Below are positions 10,043 through 19,578 of a stretch of DNA of 64,000 bases, piece by piece (position 1 is the first letter of the stretch; the number at the start of each line of letters is the position of its first letter). Both the position numbers and the translations under genes were made by a program. Source of the stretch: a virus. Location: positions 1 through 64,000 of the IMG/VR virus record IMGVR_UViG_3300036832_001149; one strand, given 5' to 3'. The notes under the pieces were generated by a model. It saw only the letters and a program-made list of their open reading frames with translations. It searched no databases and was not told the DNA's origin.

Positions 10043-11507
10043 CACTGTCGACCGAGGCCAGCGTGAACCGGTGTTGCTTGTCCCGGTCGTAGATGCCGAC
10101 GTCGCCCCCGGCGATGACCTTGGTGACGACCTTCTGCATCGCCGCGTCCAGGGCATCGGGCGTGATGCCCTCGTGGGCCTCCCGCATCCGGTCCAACTGC
10201 GGGCGCAGCCCCCGGGCGGCGTGGACGAAGTCCTCCGTGGTGAAGAACTCCGCCTTGCCCCCGACCCGGGAGACCGAGTAGAACATCGCCCGGTCGATGG
10301 CCTCCTTGACGAAGGCGGGCAGGAAGCCCGTCATCGCCTCGGAGACCTGGTCGAAGTCGATGGCCGGGTCGAGCTTGCCCTCCGGGACGATGGCCTTGAC
10401 CAACCGCTCGAAGGATTCCCGGTCCAGCGCCCCGATGTCGACCATGCCGTCCAACCGGCCCGGCCGCAGCATCCCCTTGTGGATGCGGTTGACGTGGTTG
10501 GTGGTGAGCACCATCGCCAACTCGGTCCCCTTGGTCTGGATGCCGTCGAACATGTCCAGCAGCTTGCTGATCGCCTCCGGGTCACCGGACAGGGTCAGCT
10601 TGTCCACGTCCTCGTAGAACACCACGGAGGGCTGGTACAGCCGGGCCGTCTGCAGGGTGCGCTTGAGGTCGTCCTCCGGACGGCACTGGATGAACGACCA
10701 GTTGTGGGTGATGGCGATCTGGGCGGTGATCATCGCCGCCATGGACTTGCCGGTCCCGTACGGCCCGCCGAGCAGGATGGCCCGCTTGAGCGGCAGCCCC
10801 AGCGACCGGCAGACGTCGGTCTGCTCCAGCAGCGTCCAGATGTTGGCCCGCAACTGTGCGTTGACCTCGGCGGTGTAGACCACCCGGTCCCGGTCGACGG
10901 TGAACGGGTCGAGGAAGTGTGGCTCCTCGGCCCCGGTGAACGCCTTGCCCTTGTAGATCGAGTTGGTCTGCAACTCGTGCTCGACCAGCTTGAACAGGCC
11001 GTCCACCTGGGCGGCGTGTTTCTTGGCCGCCGTCACCGACATGACGAAGATCAACCCGAACTCGCGGTCCATGGTGGCCCCCAGGTCGATGGTCGCCTGG
11101 AGCGGGGCGAACTGGATGGTTCCCCACGGCACCTGCGCCGTCTGGTCCGGACCGACGTAGATGGTCCGCATCTGCGGCGGGTTGCTGCCGAAGAACGACC
11201 GCTGGGCCACCCCCCGACCGGAGGTGCCCCAGGTCCGCATCAATGCGGCCTGGAAGGCGTGGGCCCCGTCCCACGGCCGGAACCGGAAGGTGTTGGTGAA
11301 AGTGGTCTCCGTCTCCTGGGCCTCGGCATAGTCGATCAGGAACTTGATGTCCTCCGGCAGGGTGGTCACCTCCGGAAGCTGGTACCGGGTGCCCTCCTTA
11401 TGGATCTGGTCGGTGCCGACGCGCTGGCCCGACAGCTTGGCGAGGGTCTCCAGGATGGACTCCTGGATCTTCTCCTCTTGGGACTTGTTCATTACTGCTT
11501 CTGCCAT
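10029..11507 (-). CDS. AAA+ ATPase
   Basis: Walker A GPYGTGKS, Walker B VVFYEDVD, TTNH sensor, second region of homology MLRPGRLD. Confidence 0.92.
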   Translation of the reverse strand: MAEAVMNKSQEEKIQESILETLAKLSGQRVGTDQIHKEGTRYQLPEVTTLPEDIKFLIDYAEAQETETTFTNTFRFRPWDGAHAFQAALMRTWGTSGRGVAQRSFFGSNPPQMRTIYVGPDQTAQVPWGTIQFAPLQATIDLGATMDREFGLIFVMSVTAAKKHAAQVDGLFKLVEHELQTNSIYKGKAFTGAEEPHFLDPFTVDRDRVVYTAEVNAQLRANIWTLLEQTDVCRSLGLPLKRAILLGGPYGTGKSMAAMITAQIAITHNWSFIQCRPEDDLKRTLQTARLYQPSVVFYEDVDKLTLSGDPEAISKLLDMFDGIQTKGTELAMVLTTNHVNRIHKGMLRPGRLDGMVDIGALDRESFERLVKAIVPEGKLDPAIDFDQVSEAMTGFLPAFVKEAIDRAMFYSVSRVGGKAEFFTTEDFVHAARGLRPQLDRMREAHEGITPDALDAAMQKVVTKVIAGGDVGIYDRDKQHRFTLASVDSDDDQ

Positions 11508-11522
11508 GATTGGCGGTTCTCC

Positions 11523-11768
11523 TTAGCTTTGTCCGTCGGTGGCTTGTTCCATGCAGTACGCGCAGCGACTGTCGTTGCTGTTGTGTACGTGGGTGCCGTA
11601 CAGCACGTCCTCGGTGCTGACTTCTGCGCCGGTGCGGACCGCAAGTGCACCGCCCTTGGGCAGTACGACGGTCTTCAGGTACTTCTCCAGTTCGGTGTGG
11701 ATCTCGCGCAGGTCCTTGGATCGCATGGATGAAGCGCTGACCTGCAATGTGAATCGGTATAACGCCAT
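11523..11768 (-). CDS. Hypothetical protein
   Basis: GGAGGAGAAC RBS. Confidence 0.55.
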   Translation of the reverse strand: MALYRFTLQVSASSMRSKDLREIHTELEKYLKTVVLPKGGALAVRTGAEVSTEDVLYGTHVHNSNDSRCAYCMEQATDGQS

Positions 11769-11797
11769 AGGTTCTCCTCCTCTCTTAGGTGTGGTCG

Positions 11798-11832
11798 GGG
11801 CATGAAAAAGGACCGCCCGGTCGGGGCGGCCC
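11798..11832 (-). terminator. Probable terminator
   Basis: GC stem then TTTTTCATGCCC on the minus strand. Confidence 0.55.
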
Positions 11833-11862
11833 TCGGGCCAACGGCACTGTTCTCCTTCTCGG

Positions 11863-12051
11863 TTAGGGGTTTTCCACCTCTCGGGGGTGCAGCAGAAGTG
11901 CTGTTGCCATCTCGAACAGGTTCAGGTGATGCCCACAGGAGATGCGCCACCAGATGTTGTCGTCCTGGGCATAGGCGGCCAGGAAGTCCTCCAGTGGTGC
12001 CGTGGGCGCTCCGGGATCATCCAGCATCGCCTGGACGGTTGGGGGGATCAT
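11863..12051 (-). CDS. Hypothetical protein
   Basis: ATGA-coupled small ORF. Confidence 0.45.
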   Translation of the reverse strand: MIPPTVQAMLDDPGAPTAPLEDFLAAYAQDDNIWWRISCGHHLNLFEMATALLLHPREVENP

Positions 12052-12254
12052 GGGGCCTTCCACCCCTCGGGCGCGGTCGGCATCCCGATGATGACGTAGC
12101 ACTCGGTGCAGCAGAAGTGCCCGTTCTCCATGTTGAGGGTGGCCTCCTCGGCGAGCACGTAGTCGAGTGGTTCGATGTCCTCCCCGGTCTGCTCCGGCCA
12201 GTACTCGGGCAGCACGTCCGGGGTCCGGCGGCAGCGGAAGCAGCGGACGTCCAT
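12048..12254 (-). CDS. Small Zn-finger-like protein
   Basis: CFRC...CTEC. Confidence 0.55.
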   Translation of the reverse strand: MDVRCFRCRRTPDVLPEYWPEQTGEDIEPLDYVLAEEATLNMENGHFCCTECYVIIGMPTAPEGWKAP

Positions 12255-12709
12255 CAGGCGGGTTCCTTGTACGGCAGGCCGGTGATGTGGCGTTGCAACG
12301 TCTGGTAGAGCGCGGTGACCAGATTCATGTAGGCGGGGGTGGCGCGCAACGTGCACACGTAGCGCACCAAGCCATCCCACTTGTTCTCCCTGATGTAGGA
12401 AGCACAATCGTCGCATGCGGCCCAGTCCCCATCACTGAAGTTCCCCGGCATCCCCGGCATCTCGAACGATGTTGCCGGGACGATCCACAGGCTGCCCTGC
12501 ACTTGGTCGGCGTTGCAGAAGTCGCACCGGGGGCGGGACACGTCGTTGCGGCGCTGGGGGACCGCGACCGCCGGGTGGTCGGCTTCGGCGTCCCGGTCCT
12601 GGGCCGTGTGCTCGTACTCGGTCTTGTCCCACTGCGGCCACCGCTGTCTGCGGTCGAGCACCCGGCCGCAGACAGCACAGACCATGACCTTCTCATCGTC
12701 GTCTGACAT
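12254..12709 (-). CDS. Cys-rich hypothetical protein
   Basis: CAVC, CDFC, WAACDDC; AAGGAGAACACC RBS. Confidence 0.65.
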   Translation of the reverse strand: MSDDDEKVMVCAVCGRVLDRRQRWPQWDKTEYEHTAQDRDAEADHPAVAVPQRRNDVSRPRCDFCNADQVQGSLWIVPATSFEMPGMPGNFSDGDWAACDDCASYIRENKWDGLVRYVCTLRATPAYMNLVTALYQTLQRHITGLPYKEPA

Positions 12710-12719
12710 GGTGTTCTCC

Positions 12720-13844
12720 TTATCTCGCTAAGAGGTTTATATGCGGTCGGAGCAACAGTGGCTTGTCCTCAGGGCCGCAAATCGTGGGATTGATATAGAT
12801 GGCCCGCTGGTACCGCTCACCACCGTGGCCATACCACTGGTTGCGCCAGTGGCCCCGCCGCAGCCAGCGGTGGTCCCACTCGACCTCGATACCGTGTACC
12901 TCGCGCCGGTGCTGCTGTCGGCGCAGGGTGATGACGGTGACCGGACTGGCCGAGAACTTACGCCGTTTCAGCAGCTTGCCCACGGCCCGGTCCGGATAGA
13001 CGTACTCCCGGGCCGCGATGGTCTGCTGACACAGCCGCCAGAAGCAGACCAACTGCTTCAGGTGACTGCCCGCCATGTCCGACGTCACCGTGTCGTAGAC
13101 CGCCTGGATCGCGGCCAACTGTCCCCCGGTGAGGATCGAGTCCTCCTTGGCCACCACCACGTAGTGAGATTTGGTGGTGCTCACGGTGGTGTCCGCGTCG
13201 ATGTCGATGAACGGCTCGGCGCGTACGTCGTACTGGCTGTGCCAGTCCGTCGGCATCCCCGGCACCGCGTTCAACGCCCGGAGTGACTCGGTTTTCGGTG
13301 AGTGTTGGAGCAACTCGCCGAAGTACATCGGTTGGGATGCCATCAACATGTATCGGGCCAGACCGCTGGTGGGCGTCGACCTGAACAGTTGCTGATTGAC
13401 CTCGTCCTCCGGATCGTTCCGATCGGTGAACCAGTCGACCATCACCCCGACCTTCTGGGTATGGGTCGACACATGCTCGTATTGCAGCAACGACCACAGC
13501 ACGGCGTGCGCGTGCAGTGACCGGCCTCGTATGTCGCTGATCGCCAGGGGCTCCGGCAGGTAGAGGAACCCCTGGTTCGACGGCAGATCCTGCGGCATCA
13601 GCGGTTCGTCGGGCATCTCCCGAGCCGCCGCCGCGATCAACTGCGTCATCGGCACGGTGATGGTGAACGTCTCGGCCGCCCGCAGCGTGTCCGCCATCGC
13701 CTGGGCGTGGGTGCCTGGTGGGACGAGACCTCCGACGCTCTTCCTGTCTATCTTGTCGAAGCCGTCGATGTAGCGCTGGTAGAAGTCGGTGTGAAGGTCC
13801 TCCTCCAATCGCAGCTTGGCCAGGTGGGCATCCAGGTAGGCCAT
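12720..13844 (-). CDS. Hypothetical phage protein (374 aa)
   Basis: C-terminal HRWLRRGHWRNQWYG...IYINPTICGPEDKPL, a motif seen in actinophage proteins. Confidence 0.7.
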   Translation of the reverse strand: MAYLDAHLAKLRLEEDLHTDFYQRYIDGFDKIDRKSVGGLVPPGTHAQAMADTLRAAETFTITVPMTQLIAAAAREMPDEPLMPQDLPSNQGFLYLPEPLAISDIRGRSLHAHAVLWSLLQYEHVSTHTQKVGVMVDWFTDRNDPEDEVNQQLFRSTPTSGLARYMLMASQPMYFGELLQHSPKTESLRALNAVPGMPTDWHSQYDVRAEPFIDIDADTTVSTTKSHYVVVAKEDSILTGGQLAAIQAVYDTVTSDMAGSHLKQLVCFWRLCQQTIAAREYVYPDRAVGKLLKRRKFSASPVTVITLRRQQHRREVHGIEVEWDHRWLRRGHWRNQWYGHGGERYQRAIYINPTICGPEDKPLLLRPHINLLAR

Positions 13845-13847
13845 CTA

Positions 13848-14231
13848 TCACACCGCCACCGGGATGGGCTCGGCGGTGGTCTCGCTCCGGCGGATGTGGG
13901 CGTTGTTGTGCAGTCCCCAGCCGGAGCCCATCGTCACCTGCTTGTCGCAGAGCGAACATTGGACCAGGGCCCGGGTTCCGCCCCTCCTCGGCGCGGTGTC
14001 CCGGATCTTCTCGCCCATCCGCGAGCGATCTGGATGGGGTTGTTCGTCCTGGTAGCCGTAGTCGAGGATCTGCCGGACGGTCAGGCTCTCCGTGTGCTCG
14101 GCACAGGCGTCGATCTTGATCAGCTTGCCGTGTTGCAGGATGGTGGTGACCGCTTCGGTGGCGGGCACCTTGGTCTTGTTCTTCTTCAGGTCGATGTCAC
14201 ACCAGACGGACCTGACTAGTTCGACGGCCAC
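13848..14231 (-). CDS. Lsr2-like N-terminal domain plus C2H2-like Zn finger
   Basis: VWCDID...IKIDACAEHTESL resembles the Lsr2 dimerisation domain; C-terminal CSLC...H...H. Confidence 0.5.
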   Translation of the reverse strand: MAVELVRSVWCDIDLKKNKTKVPATEAVTTILQHGKLIKIDACAEHTESLTVRQILDYGYQDEQPHPDRSRMGEKIRDTAPRRGGTRALVQCSLCDKQVTMGSGWGLHNNAHIRRSETTAEPIPVAV

Positions 14232-14683
14232 TGCTTGTTCTCCTTCAATGCCTTGATGGTTCGCCCTGACCGGGGCATGTTCTTGGCGTCGTACTCGACG
14301 CCGCTGTCCACTTCGACGTAGTCGCCCCGGCTGACCGATTCCAGCCGCAGCGCGCCTTTACCTTCTGTGTTGACCCGACCGAATCCCTCCAACAGGTACA
14401 GCGGCTGACCGTCCTCGTCGCGGGGGTAGTTCATCCCCTTGGCCACGACGAGTCCGCGTTCGGTCCATTCCTCCCACTTGGTCACCCCGCAGTCACGCAG
14501 GCAGTGGAACGGGACGTACCAGTAGTGGAACCGGATGATGTGCTCGGCCCGGCCGGTCTGGGACCACGAGTGACCTTGCAAACGGCACTGGAGCACCTGG
14601 TCCGACCACTTCTGGGCGGCGTCGGCCACCACCTCGAAGTCGGCATTTCCGTCATTGATGGTCTTGCGGCGGCGTGGTGGCAT
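14216..14683 (-). CDS. Hypothetical protein
   Basis: Start MPPRRRK after AAGGAGAAC; C..H..CLRDC. Confidence 0.6.
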   Translation of the reverse strand: MPPRRRKTINDGNADFEVVADAAQKWSDQVLQCRLQGHSWSQTGRAEHIIRFHYWYVPFHCLRDCGVTKWEEWTERGLVVAKGMNYPRDEDGQPLYLLEGFGRVNTEGKGALRLESVSRGDYVEVDSGVEYDAKNMPRSGRTIKALKENKQWPSN

Positions 14684-14931
14684 TACAGTTCTCCTTCTTC
14701 CTGGGAAGCCCGGTCGAAGACCAGGGCGATGGACTTGACCTGGAGCGACGTGGGACAGGGCCACGGCACCTTGCAGACCGGGCAGTGGGCGAAGCTGTCC
14801 GGGGTGTGCAGGTCGGTCAACAGGACCAGTTCCTTGGCGGCCCAGAGCAGCGCCGACAGCAGCCGGTTGGCCTGGGCCAGGTTGGTTTCAGCCTGCTTGC
14901 GCCAGCGGTCCGCCTCTCTTTCAGTTGCCAT
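14683..14931 (-). CDS. Hypothetical protein
   Basis: H...CPVC..PWPCPT motif. Confidence 0.55.
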   Translation of the reverse strand: MATEREADRWRKQAETNLAQANRLLSALLWAAKELVLLTDLHTPDSFAHCPVCKVPWPCPTSLQVKSIALVFDRASQEEGEL

Positions 14932-15109
14932 GGATTCTTCCTTTCTCTTTCCGCAGTTCCTTCCAGAACCGGTCGTTCTCCTGCTCCTCCAGCAACTGTT
15001 GGAGGAGTCGTGCTTGGTGTCGGGGTTGGTAGACGTCCCGGTAGCCGATGACGGCAGCGGGACAGACCAGCAGGATGAAGACGATCTCGACGAAAGCGCC
15101 CCAGTTCAT
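14921..15109 (-). CDS. Small membrane protein
   Basis: N-terminal hydrophobic helix MNWGAFVEIVFILLVCPAAVIG. Confidence 0.5.
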   Translation of the reverse strand: MNWGAFVEIVFILLVCPAAVIGYRDVYQPRHQARLLQQLLEEQENDRFWKELRKEKGRIHGN

Positions 15110-15372
15110 CGGCGTCCGGTGATGCGACCGATCATCTCGGTGGCTTGGGCCGGGAACGTGACCTGATAGATCAGGAACCAGAGCACCACCAGCGGCCAGA
15201 AGAAGCTGGCCATGAAGGTCAGCACCATGACCGCGAACGGATCGGTCGGGTAGAGGTTCGGCTTGGGCGTCCGCTCCACCAGGTCCTCGTGCAGGGACGC
15301 CCACAGCCGCAGCAGCGCTATCCAGCAGAGCACCGTGCCGAGCAGGTAGAGCAGGATCAGTGGGAGCGTCAC
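15106..15372 (-). CDS. Membrane protein, two TM segments
   Basis: Two hydrophobic stretches, FFWPLV motif. Confidence 0.6.
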   Translation of the reverse strand: MTLPLILLYLLGTVLCWIALLRLWASLHEDLVERTPKPNLYPTDPFAVMVLTFMASFFWPLVVLWFLIYQVTFPAQATEMIGRITGRR

Positions 15373-15512
15373 ACGCCCTCCGGCATCTTCCAGTTGGACG
15401 GGTGCCGGGCGATGGCCGCCTTCCGGTCAGCCTCGTTGATCGGCTCGTCCCATTCCGGTTCCTCGGTCTCGGGCTCATCCGGGTCGGGGACAGTCGACTC
15501 CTGGTCCTTCAC
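15369..15512 (-). CDS. Small acidic protein (47 aa, not in ORF track)
   Basis: GTG after AGGAGAAC; reads VKDQESTVPDPDEPETEEPEWDEPINEADRKAAIARHPSNWKMPEGV; GTGA overlaps at both ends. Confidence 0.5.
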   Translation of the reverse strand: MKDQESTVPDPDEPETEEPEWDEPINEADRKAAIARHPSNWKMPEGV

Positions 15513-15724
15513 TGGTTCTCCTCCAGCACGATGACGTCCCGGTAGGCCCGACGACGCCCGAGGGTGACCTCGGTGAAGAGGTTGAACAGGGCGTTGCGGA
15601 CCATCACCGAGGTGTTCTCCGGGGCGTCCACGGTGAAGCCGAAGCTCATCCGTCCGATGGACTTGCCGTTGATTGAGCCCAGGGGGAATCGGACGTGGAT
15701 GGGCAGTGGCGTTGGTTGGCTCAT
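15509..15724 (-). CDS. Hypothetical protein
   Basis: AAGGAGAAC RBS, ATGA overlap. Confidence 0.55.
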   Translation of the reverse strand: MSQPTPLPIHVRFPLGSINGKSIGRMSFGFTVDAPENTSVMVRNALFNLFTEVTLGRRRAYRDVIVLEENQ

Positions 15725-16074
15725 GAGTTCTCCTTGTGGGTGACGGTGTCGTTGGATTCGACGGTGATGTCGGCCGTGTCGTGCCAGTCCTCGGCGAAGG
15801 TGTTGTCGGTGTTGACCTTGACGCGCACGGTCATGGCCTGGGGCATCCTCTTGTGCTCGTCGTTGTAGCGCGTCATCCGGGTGCCGATGAAGATCATCAG
15901 GTGATCCATCAGCACGTTCATCGCCTTCTCCGAGAACCCGTACTCCTCGCCGTCGCGGATGATGGCTCCCGGGGTCCGGGCCAGCCGGAACTCGAACTCG
16001 TCTCCGCTCTGGTCGAGGAACTGGTTCCAGATCTCCAGCTTCTGTTCGTCCTCGTCGGGACTGGGGTTGGTCAT
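15721..16074 (-). CDS. Hypothetical protein
   Basis: AGGAGAACACCAC-ATG. Confidence 0.6.
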   Translation of the reverse strand: MTNPSPDEDEQKLEIWNQFLDQSGDEFEFRLARTPGAIIRDGEEYGFSEKAMNVLMDHLMIFIGTRMTRYNDEHKRMPQAMTVRVKVNTDNTFAEDWHDTADITVESNDTVTHKENS

Positions 16075-16085
16075 GTGGTGTTCTC

Positions 16086-16307
16086 CTAGCTGCTGGATCG
16101 AATGAGGAAGAACCACATCAGCAGCGATGTGGCCAACAGTGTGTAGCGCAGGATCTGGTGTCGCTTCTGCTTGGACAGCCTCAACCAGAAGGGCTGGGCG
16201 TGCTGGTACAGGGCGATGACGGGGATGAACATCACCCAGAGCAGGACGACGTAGACCCCCCAGATCAGCAGGAACGGGGCGGCCAGCCCCAAGAGCAGAA
16301 AGACCAT
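16086..16307 (-). CDS. Membrane protein
   Basis: AGGAGAACAC-ATG; hydrophobic helices. Confidence 0.6.
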   Translation of the reverse strand: MVFLLLGLAAPFLLIWGVYVVLLWVMFIPVIALYQHAQPFWLRLSKQKRHQILRYTLLATSLLMWFFLIRSSS

Positions 16308-16315
16308 GTGTTCTC

Positions 16316-16675
16316 CTATCGGTCGTTGCTTATCGTTGGATGGGCGTCGACCAACGGGCAGTTGGAGTCGACGTACTTCATTCCGTGCAGCACCCCCAAG
16401 GGCTGCTGGTCGTTGCCTTGGACGAACACGTCCACACAGCCCGGGTGGCTCGTGTTCGGTCGGACGGTGTACACCCCGGCCGAATTGGACCGGGTGCACG
16501 GCAATGGAGAGGCCCGCTTCAGCGGAAGCAGGGTGGTGGACCCCTCCGACCGGCACTCCGGAGCGATGCTCCGGGCCCGATCCTGATTGACGATGGCCTG
16601 CCGCTGGAGCGGCGACGGACGCTCGGGACTGAGCGCTCTGTCGTTCCAGGCCAGCAGCAGGATGGCCAGGACCAC
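16316..16675 (-). CDS. Secreted or membrane-anchored hypothetical protein (start uncertain)
   Basis: Hydrophobic N-terminus, four Cys. Confidence 0.4.
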   Translation of the reverse strand: MVLAILLLAWNDRALSPERPSPLQRQAIVNQDRARSIAPECRSEGSTTLLPLKRASPLPCTRSNSAGVYTVRPNTSHPGCVDVFVQGNDQQPLGVLHGMKYVDSNCPLVDAHPTISNDR

Positions 16676-16787
16676 AAGAACAGCGAGTATCCGTCGCTGG
16701 ATCTGGTTCAGGATTTGATCACCCGCAACACGATCCAGGTCGAACCGATACCGAGCCCCATTCCGATGACACCGGCGGCGAGAACGA

Positions 16788-17048
16788 TCATTCCTCCGGT
16801 GCCTCTCCGGGACATTCGGTGTCCTGGTTGCCCCAGAACTTGTCGCAGAGGAAGCACACGACGATCGGCGGGACGGCCATGGTCGTGGCGTTCAGTGTCG
16901 TGTGGGTGGGCGGGTTCACGTAGTAGCCCACGTGGGTGAGCCACAGGTGCTGCTTGCGGCTTTCCGCCTCGGCTATCCGCCGCTCGAACTCTTCGTAGAT
17001 CGCATCGACGTCGAGCTTGATCACCCGATCGTCCGGTGTGTCGTTCAC
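16788..17048 (-). CDS. Zn-binding hypothetical protein, paralog of 17045..17368
   Basis: HLW...CFLCDKFW...CPGE. Confidence 0.6.
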   Translation of the reverse strand: MNDTPDDRVIKLDVDAIYEEFERRIAEAESRKQHLWLTHVGYYVNPPTHTTLNATTMAVPPIVVCFLCDKFWGNQDTECPGEAPEE

Positions 17049-17368
17049 TCGCTGGCCTTCGGCCGTGGCTCACCCGGGCAGGCCCGGTAATTCATCTGCT
17101 CCTGCCAGGGCTCCTCGCAGATGTAGCAGCCGACCGCCGGGGAAAACGCCATCGAATCGGCGTCCAGGATCGCCCCGTCGTGCAGCGGCGGGTCGGGGAT
17201 GTGGAAGCAGACCGTGGCGATCCACAGGTGGGTGCGGTATTTGATCGCCTGGTTGTACCGCTGGTCGAACCGCTCCTGGGCGGCGACCTGTCGATCGCCG
17301 CTGATGTGCTGGCTGAACCCGAGCGACTGGAACCGGTGGGCCAGGACGTCCTCTTCGTTGGAGGTCAC
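17045..17368 (-). CDS. Zn-binding hypothetical protein, paralog of 16788..17048
   Basis: HLW...CYICEEPW...CPGE. Confidence 0.6.
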   Translation of the reverse strand: MTSNEEDVLAHRFQSLGFSQHISGDRQVAAQERFDQRYNQAIKYRTHLWIATVCFHIPDPPLHDGAILDADSMAFSPAVGCYICEEPWQEQMNYRACPGEPRPKASE

Positions 17369-17871
17369 AGTGTCGCCTCGCCGTCCTCACCGGTCTTGAT
17401 GAGCCAGTCCAGACAGGCCACGACATCGGCGTGGGAGGTGCACTCGTTGAACAGCCCGATCCCGGTGTGACTGCAGTTCACGATGCACTCGTCGTCCTGG
17501 CAGCGCTCGGTCGTCAACGGGATGTGCGGGGAGTGCTCCTTGAATCCGTCCGCCGCCCGGTTGATCAGGTCGTACTCCTCCAGGCCCAATGCCTTCACGC
17601 CGATCCTGGCGTAGTCAGGGCTGGGCTCGTAGGGGAGTTCGTCCTCGCGGTGGACCGTGCTGATGTTCCATATGCCGTGCATGTTGCGAGTGGCAACAAG
17701 CAGGCCGGACAGGATAGCCGCATGTCCGGCGACGCAGGCCGGTGTGTTGCACAGGTTGTTCAGGCGGCTCCGGCTCCCGGCCATGGTTATCCAACTGCCC
17801 TGGTCGTGCCGCTCGGGCTCGAACAGGATGATGTCCCGCACCTGGCGGCACCGTTCGACGTTGATGGGCAT
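17365..17871 (-). CDS. Hypothetical phage protein
   Basis: PERHDQGSW...CNTPACVAGHA motif seen in actinophage proteins. Confidence 0.65.
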   Translation of the reverse strand: MPINVERCRQVRDIILFEPERHDQGSWITMAGSRSRLNNLCNTPACVAGHAAILSGLLVATRNMHGIWNISTVHREDELPYEPSPDYARIGVKALGLEEYDLINRAADGFKEHSPHIPLTTERCQDDECIVNCSHTGIGLFNECTSHADVVACLDWLIKTGEDGEATL

Positions 17872-17921
17872 TGCTTACTTCCTTTCGTCGGGGTTGATGA
17901 CGCTGTGCACTGTCGTGTCGA

Positions 17922-18644
17922 TCACGGCGTCGCATCCATCAGTGCGCGTAGCGCTTCGTAGAGACGACCGGCGTTCGTGGCTGAGGCTCGGGCCGGAACG
18001 ATCTCGATCTCCACCTTGTCGGTGTCACGGAAACGGGTGATCCGGTATTCGATCCCGGCCCGGTCGACTGCGACCACACCACGGAGTTCACGGGCATCTG
18101 GTCTGTCACGAAACGATCCGTGAAGATCGTCGGGATTTTCCCCTTTGTTGAGTTCGATCCCGTACCCCTCGGTCGAGAGCACCCAGGCGGCCCGGTCCCA
18201 GGTCAGGTCGCCGTTGGGCATGACCATGGACAGCATCATCTGTTGTGGATTGACCTTCTCCTCTCCGGTGGGTAGGTCGTTGTGACGGCCGAGCATCGTT
18301 TCGGCTACGAGGTTCAGGGCCTGGGCGAGCGACTTCCCGCCATAGCGGGAAGCTAGGGGCGGCAGGGGGAAAAGCTGCACGTTGTACTTGACCGCGTCCA
18401 AGCCGAGTTGGGTGAGTTGTTCGGCCACATCGGTCGGTGGCAGGTCGCGGTAGATCAGCCACAGCGTCGGATACTCGTCCCAGCCCACGTCGTTGATGCT
18501 CTCCTCGATCTGGAGCATCGTGACGGCCAGGGTGGCGGCGGTCGAGTCGCCGGTCTCCTCCAGGTACTTCACTACATCAGGGTGCATTTCTTCTGATTCC
18601 ACGAGATGTGCTCTCCTCATTCTGGTGGGGTGGGGAAACGACAA
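17922..18644 (-). CDS. Hypothetical protein (start uncertain)
   Basis: GWDEYPTLW...STEGY...RPDARELR. Confidence 0.6.
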   Translation of the reverse strand: MSFPHPTRMRRAHLVESEEMHPDVVKYLEETGDSTAATLAVTMLQIEESINDVGWDEYPTLWLIYRDLPPTDVAEQLTQLGLDAVKYNVQLFPLPPLASRYGGKSLAQALNLVAETMLGRHNDLPTGEEKVNPQQMMLSMVMPNGDLTWDRAAWVLSTEGYGIELNKGENPDDLHGSFRDRPDARELRGVVAVDRAGIEYRITRFRDTDKVEIEIVPARASATNAGRLYEALRALMDATP

Positions 18645-18672
18645 AAGGGGCCACCGGTGTGGTGGCCCCTTC
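18642..18672 (-). terminator. Probable terminator
   Basis: AAGGGGCCACC/GGTGGCCCCTT stem with following T run. Confidence 0.6.
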
Positions 18673-18678
18673 GGGGTG

Positions 18679-18942
18679 TCAGGCTGTGATGTACATCCAG
18701 GATTCGAGCAACTCCATGATCTGACTGGTGGTCATCCGCTCGGAATTGTCGAGGTAGAAGGCTCTCACGGCATCGTTTCCGTGCCGCTTGGCCTCCTCCA
18801 GACGTTCAGCCTGGCGATCGGACATCTCGATCGCAACATCGAGGAGGACTTGGATGTCCTCCCTGGGGCGATCGTCCTTCTTCTGATCCATCTGGATGTT
18901 CTCCTTGTGGCATGAGGCCCCCTCCCCTGTGGACGGGGCCAT
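18679..18942 (-). CDS. Hypothetical protein (real start probably MDQKKD)
   Basis: AAGGAGAAC RBS; own promoter upstream. Confidence 0.5.
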   Translation of the reverse strand: MAPSTGEGASCHKENIQMDQKKDDRPREDIQVLLDVAIEMSDRQAERLEEAKRHGNDAVRAFYLDNSERMTTSQIMELLESWMYITA

Positions 18943-18947
18943 GTACT

Positions 18948-18976
18948 ACTATACACCACTAGGATGCTATCTGCAA
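18948..18976 (-). promoter_or_regulatory. SigA-type promoter TTGCAG-N17-TATAGT
   Basis: Near-consensus hexamers, 17-nt spacer, TG extension. Confidence 0.65.
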
Positions 18977-18990
18977 TAACTGGCTCCTGG

Positions 18991-19578
18991 TCATATATGG
19001 TAATCAACGATGGTCAGCATGGCCTGGTCGGGTAGCCCTTCCAGGAAGTTCTGGTACCAGTCCTCCCAGGCCAGTTGATCCGATTCATCATCGGAGGACT
19101 GGCCGAACCAGCCCAGGCGACCAACCTCATGCCAGATGCCCTCGGCCAGCACGGCGTGGGTGCGCAGTGTTCGCATGGTGTCCCGGTCGATGTCGCCCTT
19201 GCGGGCCCGGTCCACGACGAGCGCACCTTTGGCTCCAGGCTGCTTGAGCAGCAGCAGGCCCGGCCAACGTCCGCCCACCTGATACCAGTCCCACTTGGAC
19301 CTCGGGTTGGCGGTCGACCAGGAGAACAGACCGTAGTCATCAGCGCCATATTCGTCATTGCCGTAGTGAGTGTTCAACCAGGCCGCTACCGCAACCGGGT
19401 CCAACAGATCGACGGTGGATTCGCCATTTTCGACGGCTTTGGCCACCACGGAGACCGGGTATACGGACGGGTCCAGGCCCGGCCGCTCCTTATAGGGTGT
19501 AAACAGAATATTTTCGTTATAAGGGGCCATCTGACCGTCGACATCGTCGCCAACGACCAGCACAGTTGCATGACTCAT
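18991..19578 (-). CDS. Conserved hypothetical phage protein
   Basis: MSHATVLV...NPRSKWDWYQVGGRW...GWFG...TIVDYHI, a pattern recognised from other phages. Confidence 0.7.
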   Translation of the reverse strand: MSHATVLVVGDDVDGQMAPYNENILFTPYKERPGLDPSVYPVSVVAKAVENGESTVDLLDPVAVAAWLNTHYGNDEYGADDYGLFSWSTANPRSKWDWYQVGGRWPGLLLLKQPGAKGALVVDRARKGDIDRDTMRTLRTHAVLAEGIWHEVGRLGWFGQSSDDESDQLAWEDWYQNFLEGLPDQAMLTIVDYHI

